Shown here: positions 28,331 through 42,937 of the stretch, piece by piece | Position numbering within the stretch: the first letter of the stretch is position 1 | Layout of the letters: each line of letters begins with the position of its first letter | Source: the human T2T-CHM13v2.0 reference genome, Homo sapiens | NCBI RefSeq assembly: GCF_009914755.1 | Contig: NC_060934.1 | Length of the DNA stretch: 64,000 nucleotides | Direction: 5' to 3' (one strand) | Notes under the pieces: generated by a model | Told to the model about the DNA's origin: nothing | The model's input: only the letters and a program-made list of their open reading frames with translations | Databases searched by the model: none | Position numbers and translations under genes: made by a program

Positions 28331-30149
28331 GGGGAAGGGAAAGGAGGGCTTTGTGAAAGCTGTTGATAATCAGCACTGTAGTCGGCATCGTCTGAGGCAC
28401 TGATTCCCCCAAGAACTCTACAGGCTAGAAATTTCCTGGACACCAGGCTAGCAATTTCATGGAGTTTCTTTGCAAAATTTATAAATGGCATAACTTTCTA
28501 TATAAATATAAAAGAGAGTCATATTGTGCAACCCTTTACTACAGGCCAAAGACTACAGGTTTCATACTGATTACAGACAGGACCAAATGATCTTATTTTC
28601 CATAAAATCATCTGCATACCTTCTACTTGAACTCATAACACTTTTTTTCTGTAGAAATAATATTGTCAACCACGGTTTGTTTCACCTATTAGGCTATGAA
28701 GCCCTATTTAAACCATAATTTAGCTCTACTTTTGAAATTAAAACAATAGGTATAGAAAACATCTTTTTTGTTGTTGTTTAAACACCAAAACTATAATTCA
28801 ATACATAGGACAGACAAAATAATCTTTAGTAGATACAATAATTTTTAAATGTGTTAAACTAGAGAAAACTAGAGCATACTAATAAAACACATCCATACAA
28901 AGGATTTATTTATTTGGGCGTTGACCATACCTTATCGAGATTAGTATAAGACTTGTATTCATTTCAATAAAGGTGGTTGCATAAACTTTTCCTAAAAATA
29001 GTTAATGATACTGTGATTCCCCCTTGTGAATTATTAGACAAAATCAATACTTTAAAGACATAATCCCTCTAATTTTTTATTTGTTGTTAAGATGATTTAT
29101 CTTCATAAATAATGTGTTATTGTACTAGCTTAAGGCTAATTAAGTTAATTCACATATTTAAACTTGGTAAATGACAACCAATGTACTATTTCTGCATGTA
29201 GATCAAGCAGGAAAGCAAGACTTAAAAAAATAAGATATATTCAAATTATCAGATTATTTTAAAGTTGACTAATTTTTTAAAAATTCATAAATGTGCTCTT
29301 TTAAGAAATGGGTCTAGAGAATAGATGATTTCTATAGACTTCTAAAAGATCATTATTTTTTAAAAGACCCTAGGACAGCTTTCATATCAAAGAGAGACAA
29401 TACCAAAATTGTATTAAGTGAAAAACCCTGCTTTGTAATACTGCCAATAGAAAGGGGTGTTCTCATGGTCTTTATAAAATCTCTAGACAGTAAATCTTTG
29501 TAAACAGCAGCCATCAGTTTTCTGTGTTGTTCACACGTGAATTCCAAATATTAAGAATACGGCTTGATAAATTTGGTAAAACTCAACCTTTTACTTAATG
29601 AAGTGGGCTTTTAAAGAAAAAAGTAGAAACTGAGTGAGGAAAGTTTTCGGATTTGTCTGTGGCTATAAACAAACTGCTTATATGTTAGTAAGAAAGTGCA
29701 GGTTGCTTGTTAACTAATTTGCCTAACTTCCAGGATAAACTGAAGTTCCTATTATCATGGATGTAGTTTGTGTTAGGTTTTTAGGATCTGGAGTTCTACT
29801 TAATTGTGTTTGAAGTAGGTTAGATTTAAAAGACAAAGCAAGGTAGTGGTTGTGCCAATTAAACTAAATGAGAGTTACAAGGAAGAGATCTGTTCCACAA
29901 ATTATCTGAAAGTAACCCAGTTGAGAGAATCAGAGAAGCCACAAATCAGCATTTCCACAATATGTGATTTGTTGTTATCAGCCAGCACTATTCAATGTGG
30001 GAAGGGACTACCGAAGAGCACCACAGGCCAGAATAAATGAATATTGAGAGGCAGAGATTAAGGTCCATCTTGGAGGCTGATTGCCCCAGGGACATCCTGA
30101 TAACAACTAGCAGCTTAATCTTCATTGATGTGAGTTCTAACCCTTCTCA

Positions 30150-30980
30150 TCTGCTCAAATATATTCAGCAGCTCCTCATTGCCAGGTGGAAAAAAAAAAA
30201 GTCCAAACCTGTAATTCTTGTGTATCACTCTCAACAGTTTGGCAACAAAAGTCAACTTTTACAGCTATATCTCATACAGTACCTCTCTATTTACTATCCA
30301 GCTATGTTCTGGATTTTATTCCTGCTCTTCTGCTGAAGGACCTTGTTTACTTGATGCTCTTCTATTTCAAGTCTCACCCTCTCACTGCATCAGCAAATGA
30401 GCCTACAAACATCTTAAAAAGGTTTTCATCTATCATATTCCTTGCTTGAGTTATCATTTCTTTACTCTGCTTCCCTGCACAGGAAAACTTTTCAAAAACT
30501 TGCCATTCTTGCTCTTTCTTCTTTAATTTGTATTCACTGACCAATCCCTAAAACTCCGTAGAATCTGCTCTTGGGAAGGTCATCAGTTTCATCTCACCAA
30601 CAGGTGATGAACACTTCGCTACCTGTCACCAAATTGCTTGACTGTTCAGTCACATTCAACAACTATGGCCAGCCCTTCTTGGAAGCCCTTTCTCTTTTTA
30701 GCTTATGGGATACCATACCTCCTTGGTTTTCCTCCCACTTTCCCAGCTTTTTATTCTTATCTCTTTTTCCATCTGTGTCTCTTCCAGTTTCTAAATACTG
30801 GATTACCTGAGGACTGGGTCTTTGCCTCCTTAATTTTTCTCTTCACATGGTCTCTCTGGGTCATTGTATCCTTTCATATAGCTATAAATGTCCACTGTTT
30901 TTTTCTTTAACTCCTATCAAACTGCCTAATCAATTGGATTTACAATAAATTTAGCATACCAAATTGAACTTTGATTTTGG
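30150..30980 (+). mobile_element. L2 fragments
   Basis: TGCTCTTGGGAAGGTCATCAGT, CCTTCTTGGAAGCCCTTTCTC and CCTTGGTTTTCCTCCCAC are typical of L2. Confidence 0.65.
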
Positions 30981-31618
30981 TGGACATTTTTAAGTTTCCC
31001 TATTTTATAATACTTTCATGTGTATGTGACTTATCTTCCCCAAATTAGTTGTAAATACTTAAGAGTTTTTGAAATAGCATTTTGTATTTTTCAACTTGTT
31101 ATGACATATACCAGGAGAGGGGACTATTTGGTACTTAATACTCATTGAATTCCATTAACATATCAATATGGCAAGACAAACCCTGTGAAATAAATTTGTT
31201 GCACAGCTTTAGGCAGTGAAACAAATTTACTCTTAAGTAAAGTTTTAATTAGCTTTACTAATTTACATAAGCAGAGATCTCTAAAGCTATATCTTAAGTC
31301 AGCGTATGTAATAGTTTTAAATGAATATGATATTGAGGGTCACATCAGCATTCCAGAATGCTTTCCTTAGACTGAGATCATTCATTTTTAGGTACACCTT
31401 GAGCAGCAGTTAATTGAGCGTAGTTTTAACTCACTAATTCAATACAATGTAAAGATCTCAATTCTCAGTGAGCTGAATGCATGTAACATGGTATGGATTA
31501 CACTATGTGTCACATCATATAAATGTATGGTATAGTGAAACCATCATTTCCTTATTGTTCAACAAAGCTTTACTGAGTTAATGAGTGCCTACGGTGCACT
31601 GGGGTTACAACAGCAAAC

Positions 31619-31655
31619 CACACATACACACGCACACACACACACATACACACAC
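31619..31655. repeat. Imperfect (CA)n microsatellite
   Basis: Directly visible. Confidence 0.9.
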
Positions 31656-32877
31656 CTGCCCTCTGGATTAATTTCTCTAAAGGAAAACAAATTTATCTAA
31701 GAAAAGTCTTGACAAATTTTTTTAATATCGATGATCCCATATGAATATTTTCATCATAAAGTAAAGCCTTAGGATGAATGTAGATCAATTGACCTGTCTC
31801 TATCTATCTATCTATAGATATAGATATGTTGATAAATTATCATTATAGATTATCTGTGCCTAGGAAAGAGATATATTCAGTAAACTAGCTAGATAATAGA
31901 TCAAATATGCACCATTCCCCCCCACGCCCCCAACAAATACACATTGCTTTCAAACATAAGCACCATGATTAAGATTTTAAACTAAAAATAATTTTAAAAA
32001 AAGATTATGTTTTTCAAGCTAATCTCTTTTTAGGTATGTTTTATATTTTTCTTGGGATTTCAGCATACGTTTTTTGGAGATTGAGATTAAGGTTTTATTC
32101 ATCTTTAAATGAACTCCAACAGCCACTGCTATGCCTGACATGTAGTAACATTTTAAGGAATGTTTGTTTTTAGTGCCTTCCATGATGTCTAAATTGTTTA
32201 CAATAACAGAGAATAATTTCAGGGTGGATGCTACACTGTTATGATCATATGATTTTCCTTAGATACATTTCTGATTACTAAAATAATTGCAAAATTAAGA
32301 CATCATATTTTAATCATGAAATGTGATATGAAAGCTTATTTTCAAAGCCACATAGAAGAGATATCTCTTTATCTGCCAATGGAAAAAATATATATTTCAA
32401 ATCTTAAGGTCAATAAATTGTGATTGTCTCTCAGTTAAACCCTTAAGCCTTTCATAATTTTTTCTATCCTTATAACCAACATCTTAGCTCAGGTTATCAC
32501 ATAGCAGTTTTGGGATTGGCCTCCTTTCATTCTAACTTCACATCTCTCTTAGTGCCTGGGACAGTGCCCTTTATCCACATTGCCTCCTTGAAAGCTATTC
32601 TGTCTATCCTGCCACAAAAATAGTAGTATGGTGGAGCACATACGTGATCATTTCACTATTCAAAATCATTTGGTGGTTTCCCATAACCACAGAGGATGAA
32701 CTCAACCATTTCAGTATGCACACCCTTCTCCAGCTAACCGCCTTCCTTTCCACATCTCCATCCTTTGCCACCTGACTCCCACGTGATCTATATACCCTTG
32801 TCTTTTAATACCTTCATTTCCCTTAACTCATGATCCTTTACACTTTCCTGGTTTAAAACATGGTCCTCTTAAAATGA

Positions 32878-33270
<393 letters not shown>

Positions 33271-33613
33271 GATTTTCCTTCTTTCAAATGGAAAAATCCT
33301 TTTACTCGTCAAATCCCATTCAGTATTACCGCTTCTCTGAAACATTCCAGCCCAAAACAGTGATCACTGCAATATATTCATACTTTAATTGTAGTAGTTG
33401 TAGTATTGTATTTTACAGCTATCTTTTCCAATAGACTCTGAACTCCTGAATAGTCGTCAACTTTTCTTATTCGTAAAGCTTAGAACCAGGCATGATAAAT
33501 GTTTATTGAATGGATCAATAAACTAAATACTATCCTACTATTAGGAAAGGAAAAAAATAAAAAGAAGACATAAAGTGTCACTCACTGTCCTCTATTAAAT
33601 AGAAAGATCAAAG

Positions 33614-34086
33614 TGTTATATGTAAAGTTTTGGTGCCGCAAAATAAATGGCACTGGAATATAAAATTTTCTTTTTAATTCTCAGCAAGGCAAGATACTTC
33701 TATAGAAGGTTGCACCCTTACAGAGGGAGCAGTGGAGCGCACACTTGGACAAGGGAGGGGAAGGGGTTCTTATGCCTGACACTCGTGGCCCCTGCTGCTC
33801 TGTCGTTCCCCTGTCGGCTAGGGTTAGACTGAGCAGGCTAAACTAATTATGATTGGCTCATTTAAAGAGAATGACGGGGTGAGTGGTTTGGCAGGAAAAA
33901 TGTTTATGACAGAGCAGGTAATCGGAATGAGTCAGGGTGGAGTAGGTAATCGGAATGAGTCAGGGTGGAGCCGGTAATCGAAAAACGTTGCTGTATGAAG
34001 AAGTTAAGTTTAAAAGTAGAAGGCAAAGAATTGAACATACTGACATATTGATTCTTTGAAAAGAAATTTAGAACTTATATCTAACA
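33614..34086 (-). mobile_element. LTR10 (A/F-like, HERV-I group) solo LTR
   Basis: The reverse complement starts TGTTAGATATAAGTTCTAAATTTCTTTTCAAAGAATCAATATGTCAGTATG. 4-bp TSD AAAG at 33610-33613 and 34087-34090. Internal 28-bp tandem repeat. Confidence 0.88.
33912..33984. promoter_or_regulatory. 28-bp tandem repeat (about 2.6 units) carrying two perfect AP-1 sites
   Basis: Unit GAG(C/T)AGGTAATCGGAATGAGTCAGGGTG. TGAGTCA at 33928-33934 and 33956-33962. Confidence 0.8.
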
Positions 34087-37000
34087 AAAGTTATCTTCAT
34101 AAGGAAAAACAATCATGTATTTGTTTCCATGGAATCACTATTCCCTACATCTAATATGAAAAACAGAGGAATAAGTTTTATCTTAAAGTCATGTCTATAT
34201 TTAACTAATGCTCATCAGTGATTCATGCTCTGGGTAACAAGCCATTTAATCAAGTTGCAACTAGATAAGGAACATGTTATTTTTAAATCCTTATTATTGT
34301 GTCTTTTAGAGTCTTTTGTGCACATACCCTCTGCCTGGATCAGAGCTTTGTCTCCCATGCTGCAAAGCAATATTGTAAAATTTAAAAAATGCATTTGACT
34401 TACAGAAACTTCCAGGGATAGATACACAATAAATGCAGTGCACAGGGGTAGCAACGTCATCAGAGGCTCACAGCCTCCCTCAAATGGGCAACTCCAAAGT
34501 GGGGAAGGCTGTGAAACCATCCTCACCACTGGAATCAGAAGGGTGCATTTCATTTTTTATGGAAACAGGGCTACTTGTCTCTTTTGAGTTGCCATTCATT
34601 TTGACTTTGTTCACATAGACTTCCCTGAGTACCCTCTCTTACACTTGCAAAATGACTCTACCCTTGGTTGATCATGGGATTTGAATGATAAAGATGAATA
34701 TTCCCAAGGATATGTGGGGCACAGAGTGTGGGGTAATGGGAGAGATCTTGCTCTGTAATCAGCCACCTTAAAGGGTTAGTGCCCCCTTCAAATCAGCCAA
34801 AACAACAATACCTGATGTCTTTTCCTGTCTCTGAAGATGCTTTTGATGCATCTGTTTGTGTGTGTATGTGTATGTGTGCATGTTTGTGCACACTTTCATC
34901 CTAGAATTTGTTAAATGCTATGTTTTAGAAACTCTGCCAGTGACACCAGGATTTGAACCCTGGCTTTCCAATGCGCTCTGATTCTAAGCACTGACATTCC
35001 AATGCTAGCTTTGGAGATGAATGGAGAAAGTCACTAACTTAAGTAGGGAATAACAAGTAACTGTGGGAAAAGATGGGCAATCTTAAAAGGGATTATTTAT
35101 AATTTCTGGTTAGAGGCTGCAGTGAAGTAAGTATGAGGCATTACAGATACCAAGTCCTGTAATTACTGTGCCCCTAGATAATTATGCCCCAGTTAGAGAA
35201 TGTTTAAAAGCTTTACACACTAAAGAGTATGAGAAACACATTTCATTATTGCAAATTTTGCTAAATGCATCAATAATTAATGGCTGCACTAGTCAACGTA
35301 TCCCATATCTTCTAGTCATGTTAATAAGGTTAAAAACATCATTTGTGTTTTTCCCACTATCATAGTATTGGATTGTCAGCAGCTCATAAAGGTGATTTTT
35401 ACAATTAATCGTCTTTCTCTCCACTTTTCAGAGGCAGATTGCTATTGCCTTTTTTCCCCTGGCCAGTAAAGGGTTAAACCCTCTACTTGAAAGACATGTT
35501 GAGAGTTTGGCTTAGATGCAGAGATTTTGAAGATCAGAGCCAAAGTGAGTGTGTTTGTGCCAAGAAGGATGGAAGGAGCATATGACTGGACCCATCTGTA
35601 GCAAATTGCCTTTGATGATGCAACAAAAAATAATTAAAACACAACAAAGAATAATGAATGATCCCAGTAATGAGCAGAATCCTCTGGAAGACTGATAAAG
35701 ATGCTAGTGCAGAAAAACAGCATTTTTTCCAGGAAGACATTTTCAAAAGGAAACCACATTGATTTAACCTTTAGAAAGTCTTACTGCTTTTATTAGTTTC
35801 CATTTAAATCATGCTCTTTTCTAACCTCATGTTGGCATTACTAGTAGTTAGTAAAATTTTCTGTGAAGCCCTGAGATGGAATGCCACTTTGCAGTACCTT
35901 TGCAATTTTATGATCAATAAAATACCTTTGTGTCAGAACACAGTAATCAATGTATGAGAAATACATTTCAAACAAAACAATAACAAAGCTATTGGTGAGA
36001 AAATATCTTTTAGATGTTAAAAATGTCACATATAGAGAGTAAACACAGAAAAACATAGAGTAACCAGAAGACTTACAACATTTGCATCAGTCATGGTATA
36101 AAACCTGAAGGCTAGTTAGACAAAATGTAAGAGAGGATATAAGGATAGTAAAGATAATTATTACTCTGTATTGTTTGTGCATAGAGTAGTAATCGCTTTC
36201 TGGCCCCAGAGATACAGATTTAGAGTGAAATTGAACAAATGAGAATTGCATTTTTATACTTCATGATTAGATGTAGAATACCCTCGACCTATGGTTTGCT
36301 GGAACTATGTAAAGTAATTACTATATTATATCATTTTCTAAGCCAGATTTCACCTTCTGTCTAGAATTTTTTCCTGAAGTTTATTTTGTCTGAGTTTTCA
36401 TTTCCCCCTCAATGGGGAAAGTTTTTGAAGCCTCACTAATTAGGCTGGAAATTTCAATGACAAAAAGTGCTAAATAATGATAGCATTTTCATTTTTGGCT
36501 CTTCTGTTTCAAGTATGCCTCCAAGAGAAGCAGTTTGGGCCTGCACTCTGTTTCTATCTCACTTCAGGGCAATCCCATCAGTAAGTAGGCTCTGGTATCT
36601 CTTGTACTGCTCATATCTACTGTTCTCCTACGAAGCGAGATTCTTAAGCCCTTGCAGTGCTCACCATAGATTTATGGCTTCCTGTCCTATGCTGTCAGGT
36701 TGGAGGATGCCTTTAGAATTGAAAGTCTGATATTAACCAAAAAATGTGCTAATTCCAATTTAGCAAGTTTTGGGAAGCCTAGCAATGGCTGTTTGAGGAT
36801 CATCTAAATCTTATGTAGAAGATTTTGTCAGATTGCAATTTATATTGTTCCAACAAACAGATCTAGGATATTGTACACACCTACCACTCCATGGCAAAAT
36901 GCAATCCTGTTTGCTCAGTTTGACTCTAAATTTGCTCTCTGTGGACCTGAAGTTATTACCAATCTATGAACAAATATTATAATGATGATTTCTACTATTT

Positions 37001-37565
37001 TTAAGGTAGACTATTTCCCCAATAATTAAGAAGCTTATTATTAAATAAATATTAAATAATATATTAAATGATAGGTAGATTAATCTGGTACAAAAATGCC
37101 CTCCCACCCCCCAGAAAAACATAAACCTACAATGAAGTGCTCTAAGTGAATGGTGATGGCAAAGTTTAAACAAAATACATTAAGCCGTGAGTCACTCTGT
37201 CTGCAAGCTATGTAGTACAGGTGATGCTCTGAGTGTCTATAGAAGAATGTAGGCACATGGAGAGGTTCCCGTGGCAGGTCATCATGTATGTCAAATGATG
37301 AGAGCACCCATTCAGCTTCCAGGAATGGGAGAGGAGAAATTAGGGGATTGAGTCCCTAGGAGGGAGGTCATGTGTTCCTTCCCTAAAACTGAAAAGAGAC
37401 GTGTAAAATTGGCAGATTCATGTCACCCTGAAGCACTTCCTTCTGCTGTTCAAGAACAGCCAGGATGCAGCAGGGAGGCTGATTTCAATCTGCATACGGG
37501 CGGCCATCCTAACAATGAACACAGTTTGACATAGGAAGAGGCTGACTCAAATGTCACAAGACTAA

Positions 37566-38138
<573 letters not shown>

Positions 38139-39074
38139 TAAGTTCAGTTCTAAAACAATATTTAAAAATAAAAATACTCACTTTTCTACACAAAAACATA
38201 CACTAATATGAGATCTGCTTTTTTGCAGAGATATTTCAAAAATCAGAACTAAAGTAATTTTCAGTGTTACAATTAAAATATTACATAAATGTGTTCATTG
38301 CTTTTGTGACATGGACAATTCAGCATTGCCTGATTTGGTTTTCAGAAACTCCTCCAATTGTGTTTGGTGGTAAGAAATAATATTTTCTTTAAAAATCACA
38401 TTTGTTTTTTTTCTCTAAGTCTTGATACAGCTTTTATCCAAAAGCAGTAGAATCCTGACCTGAATTTGCTTGGGAGCAGATACCAGTAACTGGATTAATA
38501 TCAGGCACTAGAAAATTCTGAGTCTCTAGCTGACAAAAGGGTGGCTCTTTAAAACTGAATGTCAAAAGAACCAAAGAGTGAAATGGAAAAAAAAAATAAA
38601 AAATAAAGGCAACAAAGGAGAAAAGGATAGGATTACAACAGGGAGAACACTTTCCAAAAATCATATTCATGGTTGACATGAATTATTTTTGGATTTGCCT
38701 TTTAAAATATGATAGTTTTATATTTAATCAGATCATTAAAAAGTGCTTGGGGGCCATTTTTTCTCTTTTTGTCTTCCAGAGTGGCTTTCCAAGAGAGTGA
38801 CAATCTGCCCTTTAGCAGCTATTAAATGACAATGTGAAGTAAACCCAAGCCCTTTTTATTAGGCTTTAAAAATTCGTCTTTTCCTTATTAGCCTTAATAA
38901 TAGAGTTTTGGCTATTGCTTTTGACATTTTACCTTAGTTTGGTCTTAATGTATTATTTGTGATTTCCCCTTCTTCCCTTTATTCATCATCAGTGAGTCAG
39001 CCCTGTGGAAAAAATGGTCTCCAGTGACTATTAAGGAATAGTAGCATTGAATATGTTCTGGTAGAAGGGTGTAA

Positions 39075-39110
39075 GTGTGTGTGGAAGTATATACGTGTGT
39101 GTGTGTATGT
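39075..39110. repeat. (TG)n-rich tract
   Basis: Directly visible. Confidence 0.85.
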
Positions 39111-39779
39111 ATACATGGATCCATACCCACACATCTGTCTGTGACTGTCTTTTCTTTTCTTTCCTTTTCTTTTCTTCCTTTTAAACCAAAGGCTGACAAG
39201 TGTGCATTACAGGGAGGATGTAACTGTTCTCGATGGGCTGCAGAGAACTGCAAGGGCAGAGCGAAGTGAGGGACAGTGTACCTGTTCTCTGTTGCATTAA
39301 GGGAGTTCAGTGCATTCTCCTGAGATGTTTAAAACCGGAGAGGGAAGTAAGAGGGAAAAGAATTCCAGCCCGCGTTTGACTCCATTTCTTGATAGAACAA
39401 ATAGTTTTAGCATGGAAACGTCTGTGGTCCTGGGAGTTGTAGAGGAGGACGATTGAATTGTTAAAAATTAAAATAAGGGTGATTATTTGTCCTTAGAGTC
39501 TCCTTCGAACCACAGGCTACCAGCTCATTCATTAGTCTTGCCTCCTGCCCAAATCCCAGAGCACTAATCTAATCCATGACAAATTAAAGCATACATGTAT
39601 ATTTTTCCTTAGTTTTATTTTTCTTCATCTCTCTCCCAAAACATTTCACTGGAAAGAAAATAAGATGAGGGATGCTATTGTTTAAACAATTATTATTTAT
39701 ATTTTAGAAAAATATTTTTAACAGTCTTATTAATGAGTGTTGACATATGAATATATATCAGCAAAATGTTAATGTCTTC

Positions 39780-39950
39780 CATATGCCAAGCATCATGTTA
39801 GAAGCTTTAAATCCTTGATTTCCAATCCTCACAATAGCCTGCTTGGTAAATGTGACAGTTTTCATGTTTCAGAATGAGGAAAATGGGGTACTTAGTGGTT
39901 AAAACATGTCAAATAAATAGAGAGCTGGATTATTTCTGTTACACTCCATT
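39780..39950 (-). mobile_element. MIR
   Basis: ATGCCAAGCATCATG...AATCCTCACAATAGCC...ATGAGGAAA. Confidence 0.65.
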
Positions 39951-40170
39951 GAGTTCAAAATAAAGTAAATATAGATGAATGGAGTTTGAGAATAGTGAAA
40001 GAGTTCAGTTCATTTGTCACTTACCATGAAGTTTAAGGGATGGAAAATACCTGCAGAAAGCATGAATTTTTTTCCCATTCAGCACTTATGAAAGACATCA
40101 CTAATCAGTCATGATATATATATGTAATTTTTCCTACTAGCCACATGCAGTTTTAAAATTTTCAAGCTTT

Positions 40171-40496
<326 letters not shown>

Positions 40497-41189
40497 TTAA
40501 GTCTATGGGTAGGATTTTATATATATTTTTTTCCTTTTAAATGTGGTCTCATAACACTTTTCTAATTAGCTTCCTCTTTTCGATTATATAAATGTGTGTT
40601 GTATGTGCATGTCTATATTTGCAGTTTCTTTTCCGTAATGACTGTCGCTATGAAGAATGTCGATGCTGACACCTAAGTCAGTGCACTACAATTTGCTTAA
40701 TTTTTACATGAATTTTCTCTTAACCAGTTTTATCGCTTAGTTTTATATTTTATATTCTAGTTCCTCCATTTTTAATCCTTAGAACAAGGATATGAATTAA
40801 TAAAAGCAATATTTTTTCTTTCTATATGGCATCCTTGTTCTTTGTAAATGTCTTACCATTTATTGCTGAGTAATTAATCCACTATTCATGGGCATTTGGG
40901 TCTCAGTCCTCTTGCCCAAGGCTTTAAGGGACATACACAGCTCTTTCATAATATTAAACCTTAATGAGCATGGCTATCATATTTTTATATACGTAATAAA
41001 TTGAGAGGCTAAACCAAATCAAAATTTTATTTTTAATTCTCACCCTGGTGTTTCAGCAGTTAAAATGTCCAGATAATAGATTATAGAGTGAGTATTGTTA
41101 TTGCCATTTTAAAGAGAAATATGACAATTGCCTAACACTGGCTTAAACCATGTCTCGCAGATGGCCTCTTGTTAATTTAGCTCTCTAGT

Positions 41190-41400
41190 TCCTAGTAGTG
41201 GATGGTAGCACGGACATCAAATTCAAACAAATCTGGGTTCAATCTCTTAAATTTCCTGCAATGTATTTTTGGCTTCATCCCCTAAGTAGTCTGATCCTCA
41301 ATTTCCTTATTTGTAAAATGGATAAATAATAGGGCTTCTAGGGGTTATTATTGGCGTTATATAGACTGTGTGTAAGATCCTAGTATAGTTACATCTATTT
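41190..41400 (+). mobile_element. MIR
   Basis: CTGGGTTCAA...CCTCAATTTCCTTATTTGTAAAATGG. Confidence 0.75.
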
Positions 41401-42937
41401 TGGGGTTAATATTATTATAATTTATATATAGAACATACCTACATGAGGGCTAAAAGAGTCCCAATCATTTTGCAGTTTACTGAGCATCTTCTGTGTAGGA
41501 TGCATCTTTGATAGAGGAACACAGAGATTTAAGACATGGAATTTGCCATGAATGCAATCCCAGTGAGAAGCTTATGTATGTTGCATATCACTGTATACAC
41601 ATGAGTGCAGCCTAAATCTCAAATTGCATACACTAATTTCCTGAGCTAGAAGCATCAAGAGCTGTAAATACTTTGCCTTTCTTACCTGTCCAGAATCTGT
41701 GATCAGCATCAACGTTCCCACCTTGTGGACAGAATAAAGAAAGTTTGACCCAGCGTCACTTTCCTCTGCTGCCTTAGTTTCTCCTTGGGGTGGGCAGGGA
41801 GGCTTTGGGAGGTGAGGCGTTGGCAATTAGGAGATGGGTGGATGATCTCCAAGCGTTTCACCGAGATTTCACGGCAAGCTCCACGTTTAATTAATTTCAT
41901 CAAAGGTTTTCCTTCTTTATGAAGCTCATGCATAGGTTTATCTGACTTCTCTTTTTTCTTTTCTTAGACCTGAACCTTGGAAACTGCTTCAGAAAAGTCT
42001 TCTTCACCTGAAATTGTTCTGATCTGATTCTGAAATCTTTAACTCTGAAATTTTAATCCCTGAATACGATCTTCTGCCATTTTATTTCTCAAATGACTTT
42101 TCTATCTCATGGTAACCCCAAATTCCCCTTATTCTCCTAATCTCTGCCTCTTCTTTTCCTTCATAAACACCACCATCCTCACCACCACAGGAACTACTGA
42201 GTGCTTCCAGGTCCAGATGCTCTCCAAAATCCTTCACATATATTATCTCTTTTAATGATCACAACCTTATGGTTTAGGTGCTAAAGTTCACACACCCCTA
42301 TCCAGAAACTCTTTCAATCATTTGAAATGTCAAAAATTTGAAAAAAAAATCAGGTAATAGAAAAGTTACATTATTTAAACCGCAAGCATACTGAAATGTT
42401 TAAAGTTTACGTATAAGTTAATCCCATTTTGTATTTTCAGAATAAGATGAAATTAGCTGTAGACTCTTTTAGATTTGCATAAAATCTATTCCAGAGAAAT
42501 AACCATAAATTCAAAGTCTAAAAAGCTCTGAAGCTTTTTAAAAAAATTGTAACTCACTTGCCATCAAATTTGACAAAAACTGACATGAGCCTATCTGTAG
42601 TCTGAATTTATTCCATTGAACATAAATAGCCATATATTTTACTTTGGAAGTATTCCTGTATGTTATTATGGAACTGCTATTACAAACTTACTGGGCTATT
42701 ACACCTAGTATATGGTATGTGTACTATAAGAACTTTCTAAAGTTTAAGCAATTCTAAATTTAAAAACACACTTGACGACAAAGGCTTGCATTAAGGGACT
42801 GTAAATATGTATTACTGTTATCTTCACGTTACAACTGAGGAAAACAAAGCCAGAATAAATTGAGTGACTTGTCCAAAGTCACATACTAATGTAATGTGTA
42901 ATGTGTAATGTGACTGGGAGTCAAATAGAGTCACTTA

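Noticed and set aside
33912-33984. 28-bp repeats as a CRISPR-like array
   Set aside because: They are head-to-tail tandem units without unique spacers, inside an LTR in a primate genome.
42290-42805. Possible DNA transposon inserted in a MIR
   Set aside because: The ends only weakly resemble inverted repeats and I could not assign a family.
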